A stretch of 64,000 bases of DNA from a virus (lineage: Duplodnaviria; Caudoviricetes): positions 32,001 to 96,000 of IMG/VR virus record IMGVR_UViG_3300011008_002687. One strand, given 5' to 3'. Under the pieces are notes generated by a model. The model saw only the letters and a program-made list of their open reading frames with translations. It was not told where the DNA came from and did no database searches. A program made the position numbers and the translations under genes. Positions 25,993-36,458 of the stretch are shown here, in pieces. Each line of letters opens with the position of its first letter. Positions within the stretch are counted from its first letter, which is position 1.

Positions 25993-27208
25993 TGATCACA
26001 CCCCCAAACGTAGGAATCTGATACTTGGTCAAGGTGATGTTGTTTTCAGATCCGTTCAGCAGGACGCTTTCAATATCCAGCACACCTTCCACGGCCAGCA
26101 CCCTGGATTCAATCTGGGAAACACGGACAACCAGATAGTCACTGTCTTCCCAGTCTTCACGCAAAGACTGAAGGTATTCATCAACAGTGCCTTCAATAGC
26201 ATCCTTGCAAGCTGACCAGCTGTAGCCGGTATTAAACTGAAGACCTGTCAGCTTGACACTGATGGTCACCGGTGAAGCAGATCTGACATTCACAACATGG
26301 CCGATTGGTGACAGGCCATAACCTTCACCAGTCATGGCATCCGGATCCAACGTGTTCTTCACAGAACTGATCAGTGCAGGACTGGCTTCACCATAGTCAT
26401 CACTGTCAATGATAGTGATCAGCACTGTGCCGCCAACAGTCAGCTTTCTGGATGCAGCTGCCGTATAAACAGCAGTCAGCCATGTAGCCACTTCATCAGA
26501 CAGGCCGCTGATCACCGATTCATACCAGGTATCCACATCTTCAGAAGGTACCAGGTCAGCAGGCTTGATGTCACCATTCCAGACACGTTCAACTTTCACG
26601 GCACCAACACCGTTGATGCTTTTGACCTTATCAATATAGTCAGCACGGTTGCCGCCGAAGGCAAAGGTACCAAAAGAATTGAAATACCGTGTCCGTAGGA
26701 CTTCAGTGTCTTCTTCATCTTCACCAGGTATCAGCACTTCATCCAGTGTGGCCGTTTCCAGTCCCTGAATGTATTCCATTGGAATCAGGTTGCCAAAATG
26801 CTGATTGCCGGTGATTCCAGCCGTTTCACACTGCACCTGATAGGTTCCGGCAGCGGCATTGATTGCAGACAACACCACGTAGTTCAGACTGTCCAGGTTG
26901 AAACGCTGACCGATCAGTGCAGCGGATCCAACACTGGCCGGTGTGAATGTGGCCTTCAGCACCGCCTTGGTTGCCGGTTCAGGTTCTATGCCACGGTCTT
27001 TGCACAGAAGGATCAGGAAGTCACGTGATGCAGTGTCACCATAGCCGTCCTTGATCATCTGATCCAGTTCAATGTACAGCGTCTTCAGTTCAATGGCCGT
27101 AGGTGAATGTGTATCATAGATGACGGATCCTTCACGCTTGTCCAGGGAAGACGGCACCCGTGCCAGCATTCTGTCCCTGATTTCTTCATAGGTCACATCT
27201 TCATACAT
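25985..27208 (-). CDS. Baseplate J/gp47 protein (XkdT-like)
   Basis: DKREGSVIYD, GEDEEDTE.LR.RY, FGGNRADY, PIGH. Confidence 0.9.
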   Translation of the reverse strand: MYEDVTYEEIRDRMLARVPSSLDKREGSVIYDTHSPTAIELKTLYIELDQMIKDGYGDTASRDFLILLCKDRGIEPEPATKAVLKATFTPASVGSAALIGQRFNLDSLNYVVLSAINAAAGTYQVQCETAGITGNQHFGNLIPMEYIQGLETATLDEVLIPGEDEEDTEVLRTRYFNSFGTFAFGGNRADYIDKVKSINGVGAVKVERVWNGDIKPADLVPSEDVDTWYESVISGLSDEVATWLTAVYTAAASRKLTVGGTVLITIIDSDDYGEASPALISSVKNTLDPDAMTGEGYGLSPIGHVVNVRSASPVTISVKLTGLQFNTGYSWSACKDAIEGTVDEYLQSLREDWEDSDYLVVRVSQIESRVLAVEGVLDIESVLLNGSENNITLTKYQIPTFGGVING

Positions 27209-27612
27209 CAGAAATTCACCGTCCTTTCTTCTTTTATGTCACCAAAGACGGTGTGAACAGTGAATTTCACGGCCACAACACCCTTCCTGGACAGATCAAA
27301 TTCAAAGTCCGTCACGGACAGGATCCGTTCATCCCATGTCAACGCTTCAGTGATTCTTCTTTGCAGTTCAGGGCACACCCATGAAACAGGTTCCCCAAAC
27401 AGATCCATCAGTTCAACACCGTAGTTCCATGAATACATTGGATACTTGTACCGCTCTGTGTTCAGTATCTTGAAGACAGCCTGTTTCATGGCATCAAGGC
27501 CGTCAACATATCCCCTGGTGGTGTTTCCTTCAAGATTCATCTTGTATGTTTTGCTTGGCTGTTCAGTGATTTCAAAATCACTGGCTAAAAATCCGGAATT
27601 GGAAGGTATCAT
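27208..27612 (-). CDS. Baseplate wedge protein (XkdS/DUF2634-like)
   Basis: LNTERY..YSWNYG, RITEAL..DERI. Confidence 0.85.
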   Translation of the reverse strand: MIPSNSGFLASDFEITEQPSKTYKMNLEGNTTRGYVDGLDAMKQAVFKILNTERYKYPMYSWNYGVELMDLFGEPVSWVCPELQRRITEALTWDERILSVTDFEFDLSRKGVVAVKFTVHTVFGDIKEERTVNF

Positions 27613-28010
27613 GATTTCTTACCTATCCTGTCTATGATCACGAATTTCTGACCACCAAACTTCCGTATCAAGACCACTTCATCACCGACAGCCAAGCCAT
27701 TGTGCACGGTGATCTGTTTCTTTCCGGAAATTCCGTGGTTATGGGATGCAAAGGACGCTTCCCCTGATCCACCTGATCTGTATCCGGTTGCCCAGTCAAC
27801 AGTGACGTTTGTTGTGAAGTCCATCACGTTTCTGGTCAGCACTAACTGCTTTTCACCAAGGATGAACTGCTGTTCAACATTGATCTGAAGGGGTGATACT
27901 GAAATCACCTTGCCAAACAGCACGTCCGTTGGTTTTTCAGCCATCAGTGCATCAAGTGCAGCCTTCTTCAGTGTTTTCAATAATTCCGTTGCATCAGGCA
28001 ATGAATTCAC
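27609..28010 (-). CDS. Baseplate spike-like protein (XkdR/DUF2577-like)
   Basis: GKVISVSPL, HNH, GLAVGDEV...GGQKF. Confidence 0.8.
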   Translation of the reverse strand: MNSLPDATELLKTLKKAALDALMAEKPTDVLFGKVISVSPLQINVEQQFILGEKQLVLTRNVMDFTTNVTVDWATGYRSGGSGEASFASHNHGISGKKQITVHNGLAVGDEVVLIRKFGGQKFVIIDRIGKKS

Positions 28011-28974
28011 CCCCTCTTAAAGTCAAGTCCATCCAATGTTCTGATTCATTGAAGGTATGGACGCATTTTTCCACCAGCATGAAGTTCTTCACGTTGATGT
28101 CACCAAGGCCAAGGTTGATGACCACCATGGATCCGGCACGGACACGGCAGTCACCGAAGGCCTTTTTTACCACCAGTTTTCTGGTCTTCTGATTGTACAG
28201 CTTCAGCAGGGCATCAGCCTTGGCCTGACCGTTTTCACCCTTCTGAAGGGTGTCAAAGTATTGCAGGATGCCCCATTTGTTGATGTTTTCACCGGACTGT
28301 GCCACATAGACTTCACGGATACCGGTTTCATCATTGTCATAGGTCAGCTTTATCCTGTTGAATGTCGCATCATCAATGCTGCTGGTATAGTCAAAGTTCT
28401 GGCCTGTTTCTTCATCAATCATCAGGTATTGGCCATTGCTGCCCACACGCATCTGATCAAGGCTTTTCAGCGTTAGACTGCCGAAGTCATCATAAAGGAT
28501 GAACATGTTGCCTGTGTTGGTCAGTGTCAGATCCAGTGCATTGCCGATCATGTCAAATAGGGAAGTGTTTTCTTCCACCCTTGATTCAATGACATAACCT
28601 GTATCAGCAATGGATCCAAGGTTCAGCGTATAGTCATTTGCCAGCATCCGGATGAATTCTGATGCCTTCTTGCCTTCATAGGTCTTTGTGTCCTTGTTCT
28701 GAAGATACCGCATCTGGTCATAGGCAGTCACGCTTATGATCTGATCACGGTTCCTGGATTTCTTGAACACCCAGCCATAGAAGATTTTCTGGCCATCAAC
28801 TGTCATCCGGACTGGTGATCCTTCCTGAAAACTGATGATTTCATCCTTCAGGACTTTGAATTCCAGCTTTCCAGGTGTACCAAACCGCTGTGTTGTCCAC
28901 TTTATACCGTCTTCCACAGCAGGCTGGTACACCGTATTTCCATTTGCAATCAAAAGTTCAACCATGTTCACCAT
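27994..28974 (-). CDS. Baseplate hub protein (XkdQ-like)
   Basis: AYDQMRYL.NKD, YDDFG, WGILQY, HTF...H.MDL. Confidence 0.85.
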   Translation of the reverse strand: MVNMVELLIANGNTVYQPAVEDGIKWTTQRFGTPGKLEFKVLKDEIISFQEGSPVRMTVDGQKIFYGWVFKKSRNRDQIISVTAYDQMRYLQNKDTKTYEGKKASEFIRMLANDYTLNLGSIADTGYVIESRVEENTSLFDMIGNALDLTLTNTGNMFILYDDFGSLTLKSLDQMRVGSNGQYLMIDEETGQNFDYTSSIDDATFNRIKLTYDNDETGIREVYVAQSGENINKWGILQYFDTLQKGENGQAKADALLKLYNQKTRKLVVKKAFGDCRVRAGSMVVINLGLGDINVKNFMLVEKCVHTFNESEHWMDLTLRGGEFIA

Positions 28975-28979
28975 CCTTT

Positions 28980-29666
28980 CTATGCTGGGGGAATGACCAG
29001 CACATCACCGGCATAGATCAGATTGGGACTTCTGCCCTTGAACACGTTTGGGTTTGCATCATAGATCTTCGGATACAGGGCACCATTGCCGTAGAACTTC
29101 CGTGCTATTGCCCACAGGCAATCACCCCTGACCACCGTGTATGTGGTCTGTTGTGGTGGTGCAGGGGATGATTCCACAGGTCTTGGTGCAGGTTCCGGTG
29201 ATGCAACAACCTTCTTCTGCTGAATGGTCATTGCCACTGTTTTGGTTCCGTAGTCCTTCCACTGTTTCAGGCTGATCTTGACCTTCACATCAAAGCCAAT
29301 GTCTGCACCTTCCTGGATCTGATAGTCTTCCAGGGACACCTTGATGTTGGTGTTGTACAGCGCCCTGCCATTAGGAAAAGCCCTGGTGATGATGAACTGG
29401 AATGGTTCCTGTGTGACCTTCAGTTCTTCAAAGTAGTCCAGGAAGTAGGACGCATTCTGAAAGCCGCTGTTGTACACGGCAAAAGGATACCGCACGTTTG
29501 GCAGCAGACATTCAAATTCAATGTCCGTCAGTCCAGGCTTCTTCAGGATGTTGATTTCACCTTCATTGATCAGTGTGACCTTCTTGTTTTTCCCATTGAT
29601 CTTTATCTTGCAATCCTTGGGGGTGACAGGAAGAAGGCCCTTTTTCAGGTAAAACATATATGCCAT
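28980..29666 (-). CDS. LysM-domain tail tube initiator (XkdP-like)
   Basis: C-terminal LysM YTVVRGDCLWAIARKFYG...NLIYAG. Confidence 0.88.
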   Translation of the reverse strand: MAYMFYLKKGLLPVTPKDCKIKINGKNKKVTLINEGEINILKKPGLTDIEFECLLPNVRYPFAVYNSGFQNASYFLDYFEELKVTQEPFQFIITRAFPNGRALYNTNIKVSLEDYQIQEGADIGFDVKVKISLKQWKDYGTKTVAMTIQQKKVVASPEPAPRPVESSPAPPQQTTYTVVRGDCLWAIARKFYGNGALYPKIYDANPNVFKGRSPNLIYAGDVLVIPPA

Positions 29667-32600
29667 TAGTCATGCACCCCCTCTGTTAGTTCATCCACCG
29701 CTTCATTCACCGCATCAGTCAGACCGCTTACAACACCATCAAGATCCATGTCATTGTTGATATTGTTCTGCATACCGGACATGTCAACGTGAATTTCTGC
29801 TGTGGTATATCTGTTTATAGCTTCTTGTTCAGCAATGTCACGTAAATACTTCAGTTCTTCCTTGGTAACGTCCAAGGATCCTGCAATAGCTGCCGTATTT
29901 CCGGCTATGTCACCAACACCGGATCCAATGTCACCAACACCGTTGGCCAGCTGTGTGGCAAGATCACCACGGTCAGACAGACCTTCAACGTCAGTGGAAA
30001 ACATGTCAGTGAATCCATCAAAGAAGCCGGACACGCTTTCAGAAACACCGTCACCCCATTCAGCACCAGCGGCAAAGGCATCTGAAGCCCATCCTTCCTG
30101 GAATGTGTCAAAGGTGTCCATGCCTGCATCAAAGGCAGCACCGGTGTCCATGTAATTTTCATTCAGCTGATAGGTTGACATGCCTTCCTGGAAGGCAGAC
30201 AGCAGGCTTTTATAGTCTTCTTTTCCTTCATAGGCAGCAGCACTTTTGGCAGCATATTCAGAAGCAGCGTTTGCAATCCCTGAATAGTCAAATTCCACGA
30301 ATGGCAGCTTGTTCAGGGCAGCTGCAATTCCGGCAACCACCGTCAGAACATCCGATAACAGTCCATACCACCATCCGGTGACGTTTGCAATGACATTGTG
30401 AAATGCTATGCCGATGTTATCACACACGGCACCAAGGGCATTCCAGATGCCAAGTGCAATGTTTGCTATGGACAGTCCCAGGTTGGAAAATGCTATGCCA
30501 ATGTTGGTCACCACAGCCTTGATCCAGTTCCAGACACCAATGGCAATATTGGCAATGGACAGGCCAAGGTTCTTGAAGAATGCGCCCACCGTTGCAATAC
30601 CACCACAGATGACACCAAAAGCAGAATTGGCAGCGCCTGTAGTGTTGGCAATCCACTGGCAGACGGCAATCAATGCCGCAATCAGTGCAATGACGGCCAG
30701 TACAATCCAGGTGATAGGACATGCAGCCAATGCAGCATTCAAGCCATACTGTGCAGCCGTTTCAGCAAAAGTGGCACCAGTAGCCATCATCTGTGCAGCA
30801 GCCTTGGCAGCTTCGGAAGCGGCATGAATGCCGTTTGCCACAGCCACAATGCCGGAAATAACGGCATATGCAGACAGGGCAGCCACAATTCCAAGCACTA
30901 TAGGTTCAATCCAAGACCAGTTATCCTGGATGACCTGTGCAAACTCTATGGCACCTTCCAGCATGTTCCCCAGGATGCCAAGCACCATGGCCAGCGCATC
31001 TGTAAAGCCTGCAACCAGTTCAGTGATCTGTGGCCAGTTATCGTTTATGATCTGGACAAAACGGACAATGTACGGATACAGCTGCTGTCCAATCATTTCT
31101 TTCATATCACCCCATGCATTGGTCATCTGGATAATCTGACCTTCAGGGGTGTTGCTCATTGTTTCATACAGATTGCCCCAGGATTCATCAATGACCTGGC
31201 TGATCACCAAGGCCGCCTGCATTTCATCAGACAGGGATGCATAATCATCACCAAGCACTGCCGTCAGCTGATCCTGTGTGGCCGTGCCTTCAATAATGGC
31301 CTTCTGGGCTTCCGTAAATTCAAAACCCTTCTTGGTCATGGCATCATAGGATCCTGTCATGATCTTGCCAAGGTTGGTGGCATAATCGGTCATCTGGGTG
31401 GTATCCAGTGCACCACCGCCAGACATACCCATGGCATAGTTGGACAGGGTGTCCATCATGGTTGTGATTGCATCAGTATCTGTGAAGTAGGTGGCAAATT
31501 CAGCACCAGCGGCAATCATGGCTTCATCACCATAAATACCCTTGGACTGAATTTCACTGGCCTTGTTTGCAACGGCATCAAACTGACCAAGCAGATAGTC
31601 AGTTCTCATTTCCGGTGTCACGTCAACCGTGGTGCCGTCAATGGTGCTGACCAGATTGCCAAATTCATCAAGTGCCAGTGTGTCATCAATGCCCACAATG
31701 AATTCAGGCACTTCAGACCAGTCAGCCATGTTTGCCAGAACCGTCATCAGCTGATTTTCTGCATTCAGCTGTGTATCATACAGTTCAGTGGCTTCCTGGA
31801 TGAAACCAATGGTCTTCTTGATGCCAGCAACACCAAGGAAGCCAGCAAAGGCCGTCCGGATCATGTTGTTCAGACCGGAAGCCGCCTGTGTGCCCTGGTT
31901 GATTGCATTGTTGAATGCACCCTGTTCACTGACGTTATCCCTGATGTAGCCTTCGGTTCCCCTGATGGTTCCGGACAGCTGAAGGTATGCAGCATTGATC
32001 CGTTCAGGATCAGCGCTGTCAATGGCAGCATTCAGTTCTTCCTGTGCCTGCACCATTCCATGCAACTGTGTCCGTAACTGTTCCAGTTCAGCATTGGCTT
32101 CATCAGTGTCCATGTTCAGCTTATTGCTGCTGATCTGCTGGATCCGCTGCTGAATGCCCTGAAGCCGCTGTCCAAGATTGGTGATGTCCTGCAAGGCAGC
32201 ATCCGGTAGAATATCCAGTCCTGAAGCAGTCTGTGCTATATTCTGTTGTGTGGTGTTCAATGTGTTCAGCATCTGCTGTGCAGACTGAACTTCTGCATTG
32301 AACCGTTCAATGCCGGTATTCTGGAAGATCTGGAAGTCCTGCTGCCATTCCACCGGCACGGACATATCCTTCAGCTGATCACTAAGCTGTGCCTGTGTCT
32401 GAAGGGTGTCAGCAATGGACTTATTCAAGGCTTCAATCTGAAGCCTGGTAGTTTCAGAATCCACTTCAAGTGGATTCTGTTCAATCTGGTTCAATGCCTG
32501 CTGCATCTGTTCAATTTGAACAGTGGTGGCATTGATTTCACTTCTGGTTTCATCGGACAGAATATCCATCTGCTGACCGGCAGCAATGATTTCATTCTGT

Positions 32601-33169
32601 CTTTCTCTTACCTGCTGAAGTGCAGCGGATGCCAACTGGATCTGCTGCTGATACTGTTCCACACCTGAAAGATCAGGTTCTGTCACTTCTATTTCAGGCT
32701 GTTCCGTCACAACTGGTGTGACAGGTACCGTCATTTCTTCAGGAATGTCAATGACAGGCTGATCTGTTACAGAAGCAGTAACAGGTACAATTATTTCATC
32801 TGGTACATTTATAACCGGCTGATCTGTTACAGCCGGTGTGACCGGCATTGTCACAGGGGGTGGATTGGCAAGCTGATCATTGGACAGTCTTGGCTGATTA
32901 GGCATGACCGTTTCCGGCATGACCGGCTGATCCATGTTGATCACCGGTGCACTGATTCCGGCCAGTGCTTCAGCCAGTTCCCTGGCAGAAGCGGCAGCAG
33001 CATCAATGTCTGCCCTTGCACCGTCCATGTTGCCCGTATCCACACCGGCATTCATGACCTGCTGCATCTGTTCCATGCTGTGCACGGCATCAGACACAGT
33101 GCTGACCATGCTTTCCAGGACAGGGGAAAAGCTGTCCTGAAGTTCAATACCTGTTCTGATACTGGACAT
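29666..33169 (-). CDS. Tail tape measure protein, phage B
   Basis: 1167 aa helical, amphipathic repeats, ELKYLRDIAEQEAINRYT C-terminus; synteny. Confidence 0.88.
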   Translation of the reverse strand: MSSIRTGIELQDSFSPVLESMVSTVSDAVHSMEQMQQVMNAGVDTGNMDGARADIDAAAASARELAEALAGISAPVINMDQPVMPETVMPNQPRLSNDQLANPPPVTMPVTPAVTDQPVINVPDEIIVPVTASVTDQPVIDIPEEMTVPVTPVVTEQPEIEVTEPDLSGVEQYQQQIQLASAALQQVRERQNEIIAAGQQMDILSDETRSEINATTVQIEQMQQALNQIEQNPLEVDSETTRLQIEALNKSIADTLQTQAQLSDQLKDMSVPVEWQQDFQIFQNTGIERFNAEVQSAQQMLNTLNTTQQNIAQTASGLDILPDAALQDITNLGQRLQGIQQRIQQISSNKLNMDTDEANAELEQLRTQLHGMVQAQEELNAAIDSADPERINAAYLQLSGTIRGTEGYIRDNVSEQGAFNNAINQGTQAASGLNNMIRTAFAGFLGVAGIKKTIGFIQEATELYDTQLNAENQLMTVLANMADWSEVPEFIVGIDDTLALDEFGNLVSTIDGTTVDVTPEMRTDYLLGQFDAVANKASEIQSKGIYGDEAMIAAGAEFATYFTDTDAITTMMDTLSNYAMGMSGGGALDTTQMTDYATNLGKIMTGSYDAMTKKGFEFTEAQKAIIEGTATQDQLTAVLGDDYASLSDEMQAALVISQVIDESWGNLYETMSNTPEGQIIQMTNAWGDMKEMIGQQLYPYIVRFVQIINDNWPQITELVAGFTDALAMVLGILGNMLEGAIEFAQVIQDNWSWIEPIVLGIVAALSAYAVISGIVAVANGIHAASEAAKAAAQMMATGATFAETAAQYGLNAALAACPITWIVLAVIALIAALIAVCQWIANTTGAANSAFGVICGGIATVGAFFKNLGLSIANIAIGVWNWIKAVVTNIGIAFSNLGLSIANIALGIWNALGAVCDNIGIAFHNVIANVTGWWYGLLSDVLTVVAGIAAALNKLPFVEFDYSGIANAASEYAAKSAAAYEGKEDYKSLLSAFQEGMSTYQLNENYMDTGAAFDAGMDTFDTFQEGWASDAFAAGAEWGDGVSESVSGFFDGFTDMFSTDVEGLSDRGDLATQLANGVGDIGSGVGDIAGNTAAIAGSLDVTKEELKYLRDIAEQEAINRYTTAEIHVDMSGMQNNINNDMDLDGVVSGLTDAVNEAVDELTEGVHD

Positions 33170-33375
33170 GACGTTTTATCCTTTCTTTCTTTTTCCTTTT
33201 GAAGCCTTCCGCTTCAGTTCACGTTCTTCCTTCTTGTCATTTTCGGCCTTGATGTCAATGGCCGCTATAATGAAGGCCTTTTCCGGTTCATCCAAGGCAA
33301 GAAACTGTGAAGGCAAAATGTGAAGTTTATGCAGACAGTAGTATGCATAATTGGCTTCAGCATCACCTTCATTTA

Positions 33376-33807
33376 TCAGTTTTTTGCTTCATCCACCTTT
33401 TCATCAAGGGTTTTGGTGAATCCCTGGAACTTCTGAAGCCAGACACACAGATCCTGGTATTCACCGGCATCATCCACCATGGCATACAGAAGATCTTCCG
33501 GTGTCTTCACACCATAGCTGTCCTGAAGTTCTGCATCATACAGATCAGGGGTGACCATGGACTTCACGATCAGTTTGGCCAGATACTTGGAAGTGTTCAG
33601 CTTCGGTCTGAACAGGTTAGGCTTGCCGGTGATGGGAACATCAATGGTGCAGTCTTCCCTGATCTGTTCATTGTCCTTGGAAGAAATGGGCTTGAATTCA
33701 AACTGAAGCGGATCACCGTTTTCATCACACAGGGAAGCAGTAGGGGCATAGAAGCCGTTTTCCTTCTGCTTCTTATTGGCCTTCATGAATCTGCTGAAAT
33801 TGGACAT
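33376..33807 (-). CDS. Tail assembly chaperone (XkdN-like); a -1 frameshift would extend it to 33176
   Basis: PDLYDAELQDSYGV; ends GCA AAA AAC TGA; -1 frame open KLINEGDAEANYAYYCLHKLHILPSQF... Confidence 0.88.
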   Translation of the reverse strand: MSNFSRFMKANKKQKENGFYAPTASLCDENGDPLQFEFKPISSKDNEQIREDCTIDVPITGKPNLFRPKLNTSKYLAKLIVKSMVTPDLYDAELQDSYGVKTPEDLLYAMVDDAGEYQDLCVWLQKFQGFTKTLDEKVDEAKN

Positions 33808-33847
33808 ATCTTTTTCCTTCCTTTCCGGTTGTTGATATAACAGAAAT

Positions 33848-33886
33848 ACCCGTCATATGAAGCCCATATAAGCCCATATGACGGGT
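33848..33886. terminator. Inverted repeat between tube and chaperone genes
   Basis: ACCCGTCATATG...CATATGACGGGT 12-bp arms. Confidence 0.55.
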
Positions 33887-33911
33887 TTTCCGTATTCCTT
33901 GGTATTTCTTA

Positions 33912-34400
33912 TCAGCCAGCTACGAAACCAGCCAGTTCCGTGAAACTTTCAGGGATGCTGAAGTCATCAAAAGTGCCTTCAATGGATTCATCCAGGGATT
34001 CACTGTCAGAACCGGCATCAAACTTGGCCAGCACACCACCGTCAGTCAGGCAGTCATAGAAAATGACGGTCTGACGCTCTGCATCAGATGCAGGATCATC
34101 ATTGGTGATCTGGATCTCAAAGTAGGTGTCTTCACCCGTCTTCTTGAAGTCGGCCATCAGTTCACGCATGACGGAAGTGTTGTAGTGCATGGTACCGCTG
34201 AAGGTACCTTCCATGCCATAGGACTTATGACCGGCCATGATAGCACCAAGACGGGAAATAGTCCCCTTGGTCTTCTCAATTTTGAATTCCACGTCAATCA
34301 TCTGCATGAAGTTGTACCTTCTGCCGTTGATGGTGACATAGCATTCAGCCAGCCTTGCGGAAATCGCATCCTTGGCCTTCATAACAGTAATGTTAGGCAT
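33912..34400 (-). CDS. Tail tube protein (XkdM-like)
   Basis: TMHYNTS, YFEIQITNDDP.S..RQT, LAKFDA. Confidence 0.88.
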   Translation of the reverse strand: MPNITVMKAKDAISARLAECYVTINGRRYNFMQMIDVEFKIEKTKGTISRLGAIMAGHKSYGMEGTFSGTMHYNTSVMRELMADFKKTGEDTYFEIQITNDDPASDAERQTVIFYDCLTDGGVLAKFDAGSDSESLDESIEGTFDDFSIPESFTELAGFVAG

Positions 34401-34421
34401 TCTTGTTCACCTTCCTTTCCC

Positions 34422-35732
34422 TTACGCAACCACGGTGGTCATGTACAGCTTGGACATGGCACCAACAGTGGTGACGGCATCAGTGACCACAACGGCCTTC
34501 TTGGTGTCACCCTGTTCCACCGTGACATCAGACGGATCAAAGTCTTCAATGGCACGGATTTCCTGAAGCTGTTCATGATGCTTCACGATGTCAGACCACA
34601 GGCTGATCCGTCCGGCCTTGTCATTGGGCACCACACCAAGGTACTTGGTGGCAAACAGCACGGCAATGTCATTGCCAATCTGGTCAATGACACGGATGCA
34701 CTGATTGTCCTTGAAGATGTCACCACATTCATCCGTGGTGGTCAGCATGGTGTTGATGTCATCCAGGACACGGACATCACCGTTCACGTTGTGGAACACG
34801 AACTTGCCAGCCAGAATTGCAGCAGCCAGGTCAGACTGGGTGTAGTCCACGTCAACCGTGAATTCACCGTCATACTTCTTGTTCTGGCAGGACTTGTTGA
34901 CAGCACAGGCAGCTTCAGCGCCGGACACCCAGTACACCAGGGAAGCAGCAGACCAGCCGCTGTCAGTGGTGTCATTGTCCACGCTGATCACACCCATGTA
35001 GTCAGCACCGGCATAGTCATGAAGCACGGCCTGGAACTTCATGCCGACATCTTCACGCATACGCTTCTGGAAGGCCTTGACCAGACCTTTGATGGTGGTG
35101 TCAGTGGTGACAACACCCATGATGTTGTAACGGTAGGATTCAGCAGCATCCAGGTAGGACTGGTATGCAGTACCGGAAACACTGCCGTTGGTGCCGCCCG
35201 TCAACGGGGTGGCAGCAGTCACCAGAAGGGTAGCCGTCTGATCAAAGTCCACATAGTCATTATCTACCAGACCGGAAGCGGAAGCCACAGTCTGCATGTC
35301 AACTGCCGTGTCACCAAAGTAGGTGTAGCAGTCAAACATGGTAGGATCATCCACGTTGGCCTGGATCACGATCTTCAGGCTGTTGCCACGGGTGCCAGCA
35401 TGTTTTGCAGTTGCAAAGGTGCAGGAAGCCTTGACACCGCCACTGTTCAGACGGTAGGCATAAAGCACCTTGGCATTCATAAACAGGTCACGAAGACCTT
35501 TCATCTTCGGATCACCATACGGATAGCCGAAGAACTTCATGGAATTCTTCAGGAAGTCTTCCTGGGTAACCATGAATATCTTGCCTTCAGCACCCCAGTC
35601 CAGTTCCAGCGGCATGGTAACCACACCACGATCAGACAGGGTGGCACTGGCAGCAGCCACAGACACGAAGTTGATGTAGCTGCCAGGAAGGACTTTATTC
35701 TGTGTGATAAAAGAACCACCGCCTAATGCCAT
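34422..35732 (-). CDS. Tail sheath protein (XkdK-like)
   Basis: MALGGG, KVLPGSYINF, LDWG, IRVIDQIGND. Confidence 0.92.
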   Translation of the reverse strand: MALGGGSFITQNKVLPGSYINFVSVAAASATLSDRGVVTMPLELDWGAEGKIFMVTQEDFLKNSMKFFGYPYGDPKMKGLRDLFMNAKVLYAYRLNSGGVKASCTFATAKHAGTRGNSLKIVIQANVDDPTMFDCYTYFGDTAVDMQTVASASGLVDNDYVDFDQTATLLVTAATPLTGGTNGSVSGTAYQSYLDAAESYRYNIMGVVTTDTTIKGLVKAFQKRMREDVGMKFQAVLHDYAGADYMGVISVDNDTTDSGWSAASLVYWVSGAEAACAVNKSCQNKKYDGEFTVDVDYTQSDLAAAILAGKFVFHNVNGDVRVLDDINTMLTTTDECGDIFKDNQCIRVIDQIGNDIAVLFATKYLGVVPNDKAGRISLWSDIVKHHEQLQEIRAIEDFDPSDVTVEQGDTKKAVVVTDAVTTVGAMSKLYMTTVVA

Positions 35733-35734
35733 TC

Positions 35735-35998
35735 TTAGTCACCTTTCCTTTCTTTGTTTTCGCTGAAATCACTGCCAAGGAAGTCACTGATCATTCTGTC
35801 CACCATGCTGAAGGTGTACTTTCTTCCATCTTCAAGCAAGGCATAGATCAGATCCCTTCTGGCAGCATACTTGGCACTGCCCAAAAGCTGTGCCTTATCA
35901 TATGCCACTTCCGTGACTGTTTCTGCAACTACGGCTTCAGCATTGGCATCAGCCACAGCTTCAGTAACATCCACAGAAGGATTCTTTTTCTGTGCCAT
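35735..35998 (-). CDS. Small hypothetical protein upstream of sheath
   Basis: KAQLL.S.KY..RDL..ALL motif; synteny. Confidence 0.6.
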   Translation of the reverse strand: MAQKKNPSVDVTEAVADANAEAVVAETVTEVAYDKAQLLGSAKYAARRDLIYALLEDGRKYTFSMVDRMISDFLGSDFSENKERKGD

Positions 35999-36014
35999 AG
36001 TTTCATTCCTTTCT

Positions 36015-36458
36015 TCAATTTGCTGTCTGCTGCAATTCCATGGTTTCCATCTTGTCCTTTTCTTCCACCTTCCGGATGAAGAATTCATAGTCCACAAAGA
36101 AGTTCAGGATGCCGTTAACCACTTCAAAGTGCATGTTGGATCCACGGATAGGCCTGTCATCACCGGCACACGTGATCCATTCAAGGATCCACATCAGCCG
36201 TTCACCAATGGCATTGCATTCTTCCTGGTAGTCCGTTTCAGATTCCGGGAAATACTGCACCACCATATGGTTATGTGCCAGGTACCGCTTTCCAAGGAAC
36301 AGGTTGGTGTCAGGATTGATGGACTGAATGTAGAATGCAGGTGCATTCAGATCCTGGGGGATCTCTTTGTCATAGATTTCATAGGCATCATCTTCAGCAT
36401 TAAATTCAGTATCCATAGCCACTGACATTGCCTGAATGATTTCATTGATCATAGTCAC
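36015..36458 (-). CDS. Tail terminator-like protein
   Basis: PAFYI, VQYFP, GILNFFVDY; synteny. Confidence 0.7.
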   Translation of the reverse strand: MTMINEIIQAMSVAMDTEFNAEDDAYEIYDKEIPQDLNAPAFYIQSINPDTNLFLGKRYLAHNHMVVQYFPESETDYQEECNAIGERLMWILEWITCAGDDRPIRGSNMHFEVVNGILNFFVDYEFFIRKVEEKDKMETMELQQTAN

